DNA from: Cyanophora paradoxa CCMP329
Taxonomy: Eukaryota; Plantae; Glaucophyta
Direction: 5' to 3'
Assembly: GCA_004431415.1 (NCBI GenBank)
Contig: QPMI01000560.1
Location: 484,758-548,757, forward strand
DNA length: 64,000 nucleotides
Part shown: piece after piece, positions 53,334 through 64,000 of the stretch
Numbering within the stretch: position 1 is the first letter of the stretch
Layout: the number at the start of each line of letters is the position of its first letter
Position numbers and translations under genes: made by a program
The notes under the pieces: generated by a model
The model's input: only the letters and a program-made list of their open reading frames with translations
What the model was told of the DNA's origin: nothing
Databases searched by the model: none

Positions 53334-55182
53334 CTAGCCGGCTGTAAACGCAGCGGCCGCGGCCGCGGGGGGCGTGGCGGCGGCGGCGCGCTGGCGGAGG
53401 AGGGCGAGGATGGCGCTCCAGCGGTCGACGAGGTACGCGTAGGCCTCGCCGTCCGCGTAGGGCTCCTCGTGGAAAGCCGGCCCCCCCGCCCCCCCCGCCC
53501 CCGCCCCCGCCCCCGCCGGCGGGGCCCGGTCCGGCGGGGCGAACCAGTAGTTGAAGGCGACGTGCACGCCCTCCCTGCGCGCCCGAGCCTCGGCGGGCGG
53601 CGGGCGGGGCCGGGAGCACAGCGGCCCGGGGGCGCACGGGTCGGAGGGGGGGCCGAAGGACGTGACCTCGTGGAACCTGCGCGCTCGGATCGGCGAGGGC
53701 GGGCAGGGCGGGACGAGGGGCGGGGCGCGCCAGCCTGCGGGGAGGTAGAGCATCTGGCCGGCCCGCAGCTGCGCCGGGGCGCGTCGGGCGCGGGCGCGGG
53801 CGCGGGCTGGGGCGGCGCGGGCCGGGCCGGGGCGCACGGTGAAGACGGAGGGGCGGGTGGCGAGGAGGGCGGGGGCGGGCTCGGGGGCGGCCCCGTCGAG
53901 GCCGAGGTGGCGGTGGATCTCGCGGGGCGGGATGCGGCTGAAGTTCGGGTGCGCGTCCGCCTCCTCCTCCGCCTCGCTGCTGCTGCTGCTCCCGCTGCTG
54001 CTGCTGCTGCCCTCCTCCTCCTCTTCCTCGCCCCCCGGCGCCTCCTGCTCGCCCCCCGTCCCCTCCTCCCCGGGCGCCCCTTGCTCCCCCCCCTCGCCCC
54101 GGGCCCGCGCCTCGCGCCACTGGGCGAGCCGCCAGTACTTCAGCTCTGCCTCCGAGACGCCGCACGCCCGCGCGGGGACCGCCCGCAGCTCCGGGAGACC
54201 GTTCGCCTTGAGGCCCGCCAGCCGCCCCCGCACCTGCAGCCGCGGCGCCTCCTCGGGGGGGAACAGCACGAAGCTGCCGGGGTACGTCATCTTTCTACCG
54301 AATGAGAAGGGCCGGGGTACGGGGCACCGCTTGGAGCCGCGGAGGAGCACGTAGAGGTTGTCCGTCGCGTCGTAGTGGAGGCCGGAGGAGGCCGGCGGGC
54401 GGCCCGCGCCCCCCGCCCCGATCCACAGGTTCACCTGATCATGAGCCAGCCGTGAGCTTCGCTCGCCCGAGGGGCGCGGCGGGCGCGGTTCGGAGCGGAC
54501 CGAGTCCGGGATGAGGGGCGCGAGGAGGGCGGGCCGCAGGGGAAAGTCCCCCAGGAGCGAGGCGGCCGGCTCCCCGACGTAGTCCCCGAGGCCCGCCCTG
54601 AACGCCTCTGCCGCCGCCGCGTGCCTCAGCGAGGCGAGCGCGGCTCTCAGAGTATCGACGCCGCGCACCGTCGATGGCGCGGCTCAGCTCGTCGACGCTG
54701 GCGGGCGCCGGCGCGGGCGACTCCGCCTCGCCCTCCTCCGTGTACGGCGCGACGAGGTAGAGGCCCTCCCCGCGCTGGAGGGCGGCGATGAACTCGTCGA
54801 AGCGCATGCGCCGCGGCGCGCACTCCGGCCCGAAGTCCTCTGCGCGCCCCGTCACGCCGCGCCGCGCCCCGAGGGGGACGCCGCGTTGGCGCCGGCGGAC
54901 CTCCGGCCGATCGCTGCTGCACCTGCACCATCGCCGAACCACAGCGCTCGAGGAGGTACTCCAGCGTCTGAGGGGCGCGTGAGACGCGCGCGTATGCCCG
55001 GGCCGGCGTCGCAGCGCCGTACGCATCCATCGCACCCACAGACCACCGCGCCACCCTTCGCCCGGGTCCCCGTCCAGCACGACCGGCGTGCGCGTCGCCA
55101 CGTAATCGTCCAGGAATCGCTCGGGAGCGATCTCCGACGCCCGCAGGGTGGGCGGGAACGGGGCGCCGCCAGCCGCTGACAT
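53334..55182 (-). CDS. JmjC / Cupin_8 2-oxoglutarate-Fe(II) oxygenase
   Basis: FLDDYVATRTPVVL, VNLWIG, SGLHYDATDNLYVLLRGSKRFVLFPP, LRAGQMLYLPAGWFHEV: HxD...H intact. Confidence 0.92.
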
Positions 55183-55348
55183 CGCAACTCCAAGTCGGGA
55201 GGTTGCCTATCACCAAAAAGCAGCCAAGCGCGCTTTAGGAGGCAGACTCAGGCAAAAGGAGAGAGGCAGACTCAGGCAGGATGCCGAGGCACTCAGCTCG
55301 ACGGGGGTACGAGAGCGCCGCAGAACTGCGGGCGAAGTTCGAGGCACT

Positions 55349-57096
55349 ATGGCCAGCCAGGAGGACACGCGTGCGCGCGATGGCGACATCCTGCCGCCGT
55401 CTTCGTCACCTGTGCCGCCCGACAAGATCGGCCTGCTGAGCGAGGCTGGTGCGATGCGTTTTCGCCGCTCCTCTCGGCCTGCATATACATAGGCTCCTCT
55501 GCTGTTGCCGCCCGACTGCTAGCTTGAGCGCGGCCGCTGCCCGCTCTTCCGAACCGAAAGTTCACTGCTGCTTTACCGCAGAGATGAAGGTGTTCAAGCA
55601 CAAGAAGGTAACAACGCTCCACGCACGCTATTATTAGTCGGAAAGAAGCCCGCGCGCGGCCCGGTTCCGCGCGCGGTCTAGCGCGATTCGACCGGCGCAG
55701 ACGAGGCCGGTCGCGCGGGGAACTAGCGGCGGTGCCAGTATCATAGATTCCCTCTAGCTAGCCGCAAAAGCTTATCGGGCCGCCGGAATTCGAGCTTTGC
55801 GCGTCGTTCAAGTTCTCAGCCCTTCGTTGAAGTTCTAACGCAAGAGGCCGACAGATCCTTTCGATCCTGTGCCTCGTTCAGCTCGTCCTCTGCATCCCGC
55901 CCTTCGTCGGTGCTTTCGGCATCGTTGGCTCGACTTTCGGTGAGCCGCCCAGAGTTGAATCGCTCGCGCCTCGCTCAAGCAGGCTGTAGGTATCATCGCT
56001 GGCGGAATGGGTCTGCACCTCGTCAAGTCGAAGAGCAAGGGATACCTCATCTGTGAGCGTCGAGATCAAATTCCCGGCGGGCGCAGCGCTCACCGGCCCC
56101 GCAGGCTACTTCGCCACCGTGATCATCGTCTTCTTCATTCAGATGGGGGTCGTCGTCGCTGAGGGGTCTGCGCCCTCACCCTCCATTCCTTTCCTTCCTT
56201 TTCTCACCCCAGCCGGCGATCATCCATCTGTGCGCCACCTGCTGCGCAGCCTTGCCGGTGGGTCTCCTTATCATAGCCGCGGAAGGCCCGCGCTGATAAG
56301 CGGGCGCCGGGCGGCGCAGTTGGCGAGTTCAAGACGTGCTGCAAGCTGAAGGTCAAGGCCGAGGCCACCCAGAAGCAGTTTTTCTGCCTGTGCGCCCCGC
56401 CCCCGCTCCGCGCCGAGCCCGCGTGCATGTGCCCCGCTGACGGTTCCCTGCCGGCAGGTACCCCGTCCTCAACACCTTCGTGCGCTCCTCCCCTCGGGGC
56501 CGCCGCCGCGCCTGCCGCCGCGGAGCGCCGGCCGACGGCTCCCTCGCAGAACAACCTGATGCACGACTGCGACTTCCTGAAGCGACTGGAGGCCTCGGCA
56601 GCGTTCATCGTTCTTGACATGGTCCGCGCCGCGCCCTCGCGACCCCGCCCCGCCCCGCTGACCGGCGCCCGCCCCGCAGGTCGTCCACATCGCCGTCGTG
56701 CGGCCGGCCGCCCCGCCCCGCCCCGCGCCGGCGCCCGGCCCTCTCTGAGCCGGCGCAGCTCGTGAACGTCGGCAAGCTCATCCGCATCTCCTTCCCCGGT
56801 CCGCCGCCCCGCCCCGCCCCGCCGGCCGTCCTCCGCGCCGCGAGGCGAGCGCCGGGGCGCAGACGAGTTCGCGCCGCCGGCGACAGCGGCGAAGCCGGCC
56901 TACCAGAACACCACCAACAAGAACCACATCGACACCGGCTACTCCCTCAACGCGCGCCCGACCCCCCCCCCCCCCCCCCCGCCCCGCCCCGCCCCGCCGC
57001 CCCCGCAGCGCCCCTGACCATGAGCCGCCCCGCGCCCGCCCCGCCCCGCAGGCCTTGACGAACCGCTGGATGGATATCCTGGGCGGCCTCAAGTAA
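55349..57096 (+). CDS. Tetraspanin-like four-TM protein
   Basis: Spliced ILSILCLVQLVLCIPPFVGAFGIVGSTFGIIAGGMGLHLVKSKSKGYLICYFATVIIVFFIQMGVV, then a Cys-rich loop (CATCC, KTCC), then TM4 AAFIVLDMVVHIAVLV. Confidence 0.6.
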
Positions 57097-57560
57097 CAAC
57101 CTACAGCTACAGCTAACAAACACACACCACACTCGCCTCGCGAATCACGCGCCGTGATTTCTTCGCTATATGTCAGACAGGCTAGGTAGGGCTTGCGAGC
57201 GTCGACGTCAGGAAACCCGACGGGATTGTATATCCTTGTACAAGGCAACTTTTTTAAAAAGCTTCCGCCCTCACGCCCTGCACGGGACCTCCGATCGATT
57301 AAAGCCTTAGGGCATGCCCAGCCCGTCTAGATCTATCGGCACGCAGCCAGGCCCTGCGCTCGCCCGCTCCGGCCTGAGCTGCGTCTGCCCCGTCCCTGCT
57401 CTGCCCTACGTTGGGGCCGAACCCCGCCAACACGTCGCGAACGCCATCAGCGGGATGCTGCGCTATGCTCTCATTCTGTTCACTATACAGGTTGAAAGAC
57501 GGGACAAAATCGCCGGCGGCGGCCGCCGCCCGGCACTGAAATTGGCGTCTCGCGCGGCCC

Positions 57561-58602
57561 TCACTTGCCGGCGCCGCCGTTGATCTGGACGCCCTTGCCC
57601 TTGCCGTCGCCGTCGAAGCGCTCCTTGTAGACGCCGGTGTCTGCGGCGGGCGAGGTTGAGGGCGGGCAGCGGGCGGCGGCGAGAGGGGGCGCGTACACTG
57701 CTCGTGGTCGGTGAGCTTCGAGTAGATGCCCGACGCGTCGGCCTGAGTGCCGCTGTTCGACGGGCCGCCGTGCGCGGAGATGAGCCCGTGGACCTTCTCC
57801 AGGCCGTCCGCCGCGCCCTTGTACTTCTCTGCAGGCGGCGACGCGTGAGCGCGCGGCGGCACGGACGCGCAAGCCCGGGCGGACCCTTCGCGATCTCCTC
57901 GAGCGCGTGCTTGAACTCCTCGAAGTTGATGCGCCTCTCAGTCTTGACCTTCTTCACCTGCGAGGCGCGAAGTCAGAGCATGTGTACGTGCGCTCGCAGG
58001 AAGCGGCAATCGAGCAGGACGTGGGATAAAGCGGATAAAGCAGACTGGCTATTCGAACCTTGTTGAAGATGATGTCAATGCTAGTCGCTGCGACGACGGA
58101 CCTCCGTAAGTGTTCGCGCGGCAGGCCCCACGCTGGCGGCCGCACTAGTGTACTTGGTGTCGACGATCTTGGTGTCCTTGCAGAACTGAGCACGGCGGAC
58201 GTGTCAGAAGGAGGCAGCAGCTCGCAGGACGCAGCCAGAGTAAAAACAATGGCTAAGGCCCGCCACGTCAGCTTTGCCGAACGAGGGCAAGGGCTGACGC
58301 GGCTCCGCAGTTGTCAATAAGGAAGGTGTCTCACCTTCGCAAACCTGCCGAAGGCCGTCAGGAGCAAGTGAAGGGCGATCAAGTCTAGGAGGCAGAGGAC
58401 TTGTGGACAACGCCTAGAACTCCCTAGCAAACAAAGAGGTTGCCGTACCGAGCGTTATCCATCGTCGTGGCGCTGCGGAACGAGACGTCAGCACTCGACC
58501 TGGATCGGAGCTCGTCGGGGCGATCTGGACGCACCCGGCATTGCCTGCGCCGAACGAGGCGAAGGTAACGAAGATGCTCTTCAGATCCGCGTCGCCGATC
58601 AT
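57561..58602 (-). CDS. TPPP: TPPP/p25-alpha tubulin polymerization-promoting protein
   Basis: LKSIFVTFASFG..MDNARFAKFCKDTKIVD..DIIFNKVK..RINFEEFKHAL..SKLTDHEQYTGVYKERFDGDGKGKG. Confidence 0.93.
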
Positions 58603-58703
58603 TTTTGCTTGCTTGTTGTTTGCTTCGAAACTGGGTACAGGAGTGCAGTCAGGGTACAGGGCCACCTCAGTGTGTTCTCGGCAAAACTCGCCGCGGCCGC
58701 CAG

Positions 58704-61226
58704 ATGGCGCACGCACCGCCGGCTTTGTCGAGGTGCGCTTACAGTGCCTTACACAGCCTTTCAGCTTTTCTAGGGCTGGGCTCCCGGCGCCTCCCGCTGT
58801 GCCGAATGGCGCCGTTAACCGACTGACTGCGCGCATTGTCGAACACGCCGAGCCGCGTATAGCGGGCGGCACCCCTTATCTAAATCGGCCGCGTATAGCG
58901 GGCGGCCGAGTCGGGCGTGGCGAAGGAGCTGACGCCGGGCCGTGCGCAGGCCGGCGGCGCCGTGGCCGCACGACCTCTCCAGCGCCGCCGCGGTGCTGCT
59001 CGTCGACTTCCCGCGAATCGTGGCGGACGCCCGTCCCTCGTACGCGATGCTCGCCACCGCCCTCCTTTTCGAGGTCCGCGTCGCCGCCCTCTTCGAATTC
59101 GTCCGGATCCCGCGGAGCCCGGCCGGCCGCTGCCGCCGGCCTGGCCCGGGCTGGCTGGCCGGCCCAACTGCCGGGGCCTCACATATCAATTACTCAGCTG
59201 GCTAACCGGCGACGTTCGGCGCGCAGGCGGGGGCGCGGGGGTACCTTGTGTTCGGCAAGCGCGACGTGGTGCGGACGGTGCGGCAGGGCCCGAAGCCCGT
59301 CGTCTTCGTCGCCGAGAACCCGAACGTCAAGGGGACCCTCGCCCCGCACTCCGCCGTCGCCCAGGTCCGCTTTGGCTGTTTCCCTCCTCCACTTCCCCCC
59401 CCTCCCCCTCTTGAGGCCCCGGCAGGTGGTGGACATGGTGCGGCAGCTGTGCGCCGAGCGGGGCGCCGCCTACTGGACGGCCCTCGTACCCGGGCAGTGC
59501 CTCCAGCGTGGCGAGGTACCCCTCTCCGAGCTCCTCCTCCGCCTCTTCGGCACCAAGGGCCGGGTACGCCCCCCTCCGCCCTCCCCGCAACCTTCCCCCC
59601 CCCCGGCCGACGGGGGGTACGCGGGGGCGGCAGCTGCCGTGCAAGCTGCTGCTGCGGGAGCTGCACGGGGCGGGCCTGGCGACGCTGCCCGAGCTCTACT
59701 CCGGCGTCCTCTTCTTCAAGAAGCACTGCGAGCTGGTGCCCGTACCCCCCCTCCCCTGCTCCCTCCAGTGCACTGCCGCTCACGCGCCGGCAGACGCCGC
59801 GGGGCCACGACGTGCGCGGCCTGCGCCAGCGAGCGCCGCGCGGCCCTTGTTTGACCCCTTCCTCTTCAGATGGCGGACCTGGCGCGCACGTGGACGCGCA
59901 GCCTCGAGGCCGCCGCCGTGCTCCCGCCCGCCCCTCGCCACGCCCCGCCCCGCCTCTTCGTCTCAGCGGCCCCGGCAGGCGGCGCCGGCGGACCCGCGCG
60001 TGGACCTGGATCTTCTCCGCAACGCTCGTGCCCTCGTCCTCCTCTCCTTCGGTACGCCCCGCGCCGCTCGCCCCACAAAGTGCCCTCGGCCCCCACTCTG
60101 ACGCCGGCGGGGGCAGTGATCTCGCAGCGGCTGCGCTGGGGCGCGCGGCGCGACCCCAGCCTCCAGCGCGCCCTCCACGACCTGGCGCGCCTTCCTCGCC
60201 CCCGCCCCGCCGCCCCGCGCCCCCGCCTGAGGCCGGGCGGACGGCACAGCAGGCGGCCGGGGAGGGCGGGTGCCTGGCGGGGCTCCTCGCGCAGCCCGAC
60301 GAGTTCCACGCCCCCGGCCTCTTCAGGCGCGCCCGCCCTTGCCTTGCGTTTGCTTCTCTACCCCCTCCTCCGCGACCGTCGGACGCGGGGCGGCGCAGGG
60401 CCGCGACGAAGGTGCATCAGCGGCGGCCGGCCGGACGCCACCTGGGGCCCGCCTCCTTCGCCTGCGGTCCGCTCGCCCCCGGGTCCGCCCTGGAGGCTTC
60501 GGCCCGAGCTCACGGGCCGGGCTGCAGGGGACGCCTTCGTGGTGCCGCCGCAGCGGCCGCCCAAGAACCCCGCGGAGGCCACGGTCACGGCACCTGGCGG
60601 CCACCGTCACGGCACCTGGCGCCGCCCTACGCCGGCGCGGCACGGCGCAACCGCCGCCCTCGCCGCCGCCGCCCTGTCCGCCCCGCCCCGCCCGCCCCGC
60701 CCGCCCCGCCCCGCCCCGCCGGCGCTCCTCTGCGGCGGGCGGCCGACGAGGGCGGCTGCTCGCAGGGCCGCCTCGGCGCTCGACGGGGGCGACGGCGCCT
60801 ACGGCGACTGGGGCCCGGGGACGCTGACGGCGGCGGCTTCGGCGACGGCGGCGACGGCGGCGGCGGCGGCGGCGGGGCGGGGCGGGGTGCGTGCCGGCGA
60901 TCGGGGCGGTGGGGATGCCCCTGCGTTTGAGATGACGGGCCGCCGCAGGGCGGCGACTGGGGCGACTCCGGTGTCTTCGACGCCGACGCTGGGCACGCGG
61001 CTGGGGCGGCGACAGCGGCTGGGGCGGCGGCGGCGGGGGCGGCTGGGGCGGCGGCGGCGACAGCGGCTGGGCGGCAGTGGCGGAGGCGGCGACGGCGGTG
61101 GCTGGAGCGCGGCGGCGGAGGAGGCGGCGACGGTGGTGGCGGGGCGGCGGCGACGGGGCGGAGGGGCGACGGGGCGGCGGCTGGGACGGGGCGGCGGTGG
61201 GACGGCGGGGCTGGGGCGGCGATTAG
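58704..61226 (+). CDS. Orphan protein copy A: alpha/beta-like N-terminal region plus Gly-rich WG/GW tail
   Basis: MAHAPPALSR|...VLLVDFPRIVADARPSY...KPVVFVAENPN... across about 12 exons. Tail built of GGC/GAC/TGG codons ending GWGGD* (needs homopolymer corrections). Confidence 0.6.
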
Positions 61227-61343
61227 TTGCAGAGCACCGTGTGCGATAGACGATTTTTTTGCTTCAATTACGTGTACTTTTTGATTTTATTATCGTTATG
61301 TCTGGTTTGGTTCAATCCGTACAATTGCAAAATCGAATGCTCT

Positions 61344-61585
61344 CCGGCGATCGGGGCGGCGGGGATGCCCCTGCGTTTGAGATGACGGGCCGCCGCAGGG
61401 CGGCGACTGGGGCGACTCCGGTGTCTTCGACGCCGACGCCGGGCACGGCGGCGACAGCCGCTGGGGCGGCGGCGGCGACAGTGGCGGCGGCGGCGGAGGC
61501 GGTGACGGCGGCGGTTGGGGCGGCGGCGACGGGGGCGGAGGGGGCGATGGAGGCGGCGGCGGGTTGAGCACTAGCACTAGCTAGT
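61344..61585 (+). pseudogene. Isolated duplicate of the WG-tail segment
   Basis: 61344-61447 is nearly identical to 60894-60997 and is followed by Gly/Trp codons. Confidence 0.7.
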
Positions 61586-61666
61586 ACTGCCGCTGCAGGC
61601 TACCGCCGCCGCGGCGCCAGGCCCGGCGGCCCTCAGGTGCCACGTGCACGGTGTGCCAGAATTTGC

Positions 61667-61805
61667 GGCGCTGCGGAACGAGGCGTCAGCACTCGACCTG
61701 GGTCGGAGCCAGTCGGCGCGGCCTGGACGCACCCGGCCCGGCATTGCCTGCGCCGAACGAGGCGAAGGTAACGAAGATGCTCTTCAGATCCGCGTCGCCG
61801 ATCAT
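61667..61805 (-). pseudogene. Co-duplicated first exon and intron of TPPP
   Basis: MIGDADLKSIFVTFASFGAGNA copy; homology to 58469-58602 stops at 61667. Confidence 0.85.
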
Positions 61806-61901
61806 CTTTGCTTGCTTGTTGTTTGCTTCGAAACTGGGTACAGGAGTGCAGTCAGGCTACAGGGGCTATCTGGTTTCGGCAGAACTCGCCGCGGCCGCCA
61901 G

Positions 61902-64000
61902 ATGGCGCACGCACCGCCGGCTTTGTTGAGGTGCGCTCACAGTGCATTACATCTTTTCTAGGGCTGGGCTCCCGGCGCCTCCCGCTGTGCCGAATGGCGC
62001 CGTTAACCGACTGACTGCGCGCATTGTCGAACACGCCGAGCCGCGTATAGCGGGCGGCACCCCGTATCTAAATCGGCCGCGTATAGCGGGCGGTCGAGTC
62101 GGGCGCGGCGAAGGAGCTGACGCCGGGCCGTGCGCAGGCCGGCTGCGCCGTGGCCGCACGACCTCTCCAGCGCCGCCGCGGTGCTGCTCGTCGACTTCCC
62201 GCGAATCGTGGCGGACGCCCGTCCCTCGTATGCGATGCTCGCCACCGCCCTCCTTTTCGAGGTCCTCGCCGCCCTCTTCGTCCGGATCCCGCGGAGCCCG
62301 GCCGGCCGCTGCCGCCGGCCTGGCCCGGGCTGGCTGGACGGCCCAACGCCGGGCTTCACATATCATTTTCTCGGCTGGCTGATCGGCGACGTTCGGCGCG
62401 CAGGCGGGGGCGCGGGGGTACCTTGTGTTCGGCAAGCGCGACGTGGTGCGGACGGTGCGGCAGGGCCCGAAGCCCGTCGTCTTCGTCGCCGAGAACCCGA
62501 ACGTCAAGGCGACCCTCACCCCGCACTCCGCCGTCGCCCAGGTCCGCGTCGGCGATACCCATCTTTCACCCCGCCCCCCTTCCCCCCGCCCCCCTCCCCC
62601 CCCCTCCCCCTCTTGAGGCCCCGGCAGGTGGTGGAGATGGTGCGGCAGCTGTGCGCCGAGCGGGGCGCCGCCTACTGGACGGCCCTCGTACCCGGGCAGT
62701 GCCTCCAGCGTGGCGAGGTACCCCTCTCCGAGCTCCTCCTCCGCCTCTTCGGCACCAAGGGCCGGGTACGCCGCCCTCCACACCCTTACCCCCCTCCCGG
62801 CCGACGGGGGGTACGTGGCAGCTGCCGTGCAAGCTGCTGCTGCGGGAGCTGCACGGGGCGGGCCTGGCGACGCTGCCCGAGCTCTACTCCGGCTTCCTCT
62901 TCTTCAAGAAGCACTGCGAGCTGGTGCCCGTACCCCCCTCCCTAAACCTCCCCCTGCTCCCCCTGCTCCCCCCTCCCCCTCACGCGCCGGCAGACGCCGC
63001 GGGGCCACGACGTGCGCGGCCTGCGCCAGCGAGCGCCGCGCGGCCCTTGTTTGACGCGTCCTCTTCAGATGGCGGACCTGGCGCGCACGTGGACGCGCAG
63101 CCTCGAGGCCGCCGCCGTGCTCCCGCCCGCCCCTCGCCCCGCCCCGCCCCGCCCTTTCGTCTCACCGGCGGGGGCAGGCGGCGCCGGCGGACCCGCGCGT
63201 GGACCTGGATCTCCTCCGCAACGCCCGCGCCCTCGTCCTCCTCTCTTTCGGTTCGCCCGCCCGCCCGCCCGCCCGCCCCGCAAAGCGCCCTCGGCCCCCG
63301 CGCTGACGCCGCCGGCCGGCGTCGGCAGCGATCGCGCAGCGGCTGCGCTGGGGCGCGCGGCGCGACCCGAGCCTCCAGCGCGCCCTCCACGACCTGGCGC
63401 GCCCTCCGCCCCCGCCCCGCCGCCTCGCGCCCCCGCCTGAGGCGGGCCGGCCGGGCAGCACGTGGCCGGGAGGGCGGGTGCCTGGCGGGGCTCGCCTCGC
63501 AGCCCGACGAGTTCCACGCCGCCTGGCTCTTCCGGCCCGCCCTCTCCCTCTTGCTCGCCCCTCTTCCTCCTCAGCTCCTCCTTTGCGACGCGGGGCCGCG
63601 CAGGGCCGCGACCAAGGCGCAGGAGCGGCGGGGGGCGGGGCACCACCACGGGCACGCCTACAGCCCGGGCCCGCCTCCTTCGCCTGCGGTCCGCCGCCCC
63701 CGGGCCCGCCCTGGAGGCTTCCGCCCGAGCTCACGGGCCGGGCTGCAGGGGGCGCCTTCGTGGTGCCGCCGCAGCGGCCGCCCAAGCGCCCCGCGGCGCA
63801 CGGCGCCACGGCCACGGCTCCGATGCCTTCGCCGCCGCAGCCCTGTCCGCCCCGCCCCGCCCCGCCCCGCCCGCCCCGCTTCTCTGCCGGGGCGGCCGGC
63901 GAGCGGGCCTGCTCGCAGGGCGTCTTCGGGCACCACCACCACGGGGACCACGGGGACGGGACGGCGGCGGCGGCCTCGACGGCGGCGACGGCGGCTACGG
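61902..64000 (+). CDS. Orphan protein copy B (runs off the window end)
   Basis: Exons nearly identical to copy A; introns more diverged. Confidence 0.6.

Noticed and set aside
55681-55726. Helitron 3' end (hairpin plus CTAG)
   Set aside because: CTAG is followed by C, not T, and no matching 5' TC end or second copy was seen.

Overview
Gene-dense, very GC-rich eukaryotic nuclear DNA, not prokaryotic. It holds about 24 genes split by short (mostly 50-90 nt) introns, so the supplied ORF track is largely antisense or intron read-through artefact. I spliced the genes by eye; coordinates are start-to-stop spans and approximate. Three plastid-targeted proteins have a Phe near the N-terminus (MPAF-, MASF-, MQQGAF-). 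With the tiny introns and likely cilia-related genes, this suggests a glaucophyte-like alga such as Cyanophora (inference). Recognisable products: RING protein, IQ-motif protein, C9orf85/DUF2039, AP-3 sigma, plastid zf-DNL, a divergent longin, GATA factor, CCDC47, SRP72, Rab18, TBC RabGAP, mL49, plastid acyl-activating enzyme, CYP38-like cyclophilin, SABATH methyltransferase, TAPT1, JmjC, a tetraspanin-like protein and TPPP/p25. An accessory block at about 22.8-34.7 kb contains a duplicated gene tail, a secreted propeller-repeat gene, a 3-kb LTR-like element with a TSD and 151-bp repeats, and a possible CACTA-like element. The window ends in a tandemly duplicated orphan gene whose first copy has a WG/GW-rich tail. 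Most striking signal: in five sets of duplicated sequence plus one small tandem array, copies differ by stereotyped palindromic micro-insertions, X to X-revcomp(X)-X (X usually 3 nt). The same 9-mers are very common in intergenic DNA, pointing to a pervasive hairpin-type mutational or transposon-footprint process.
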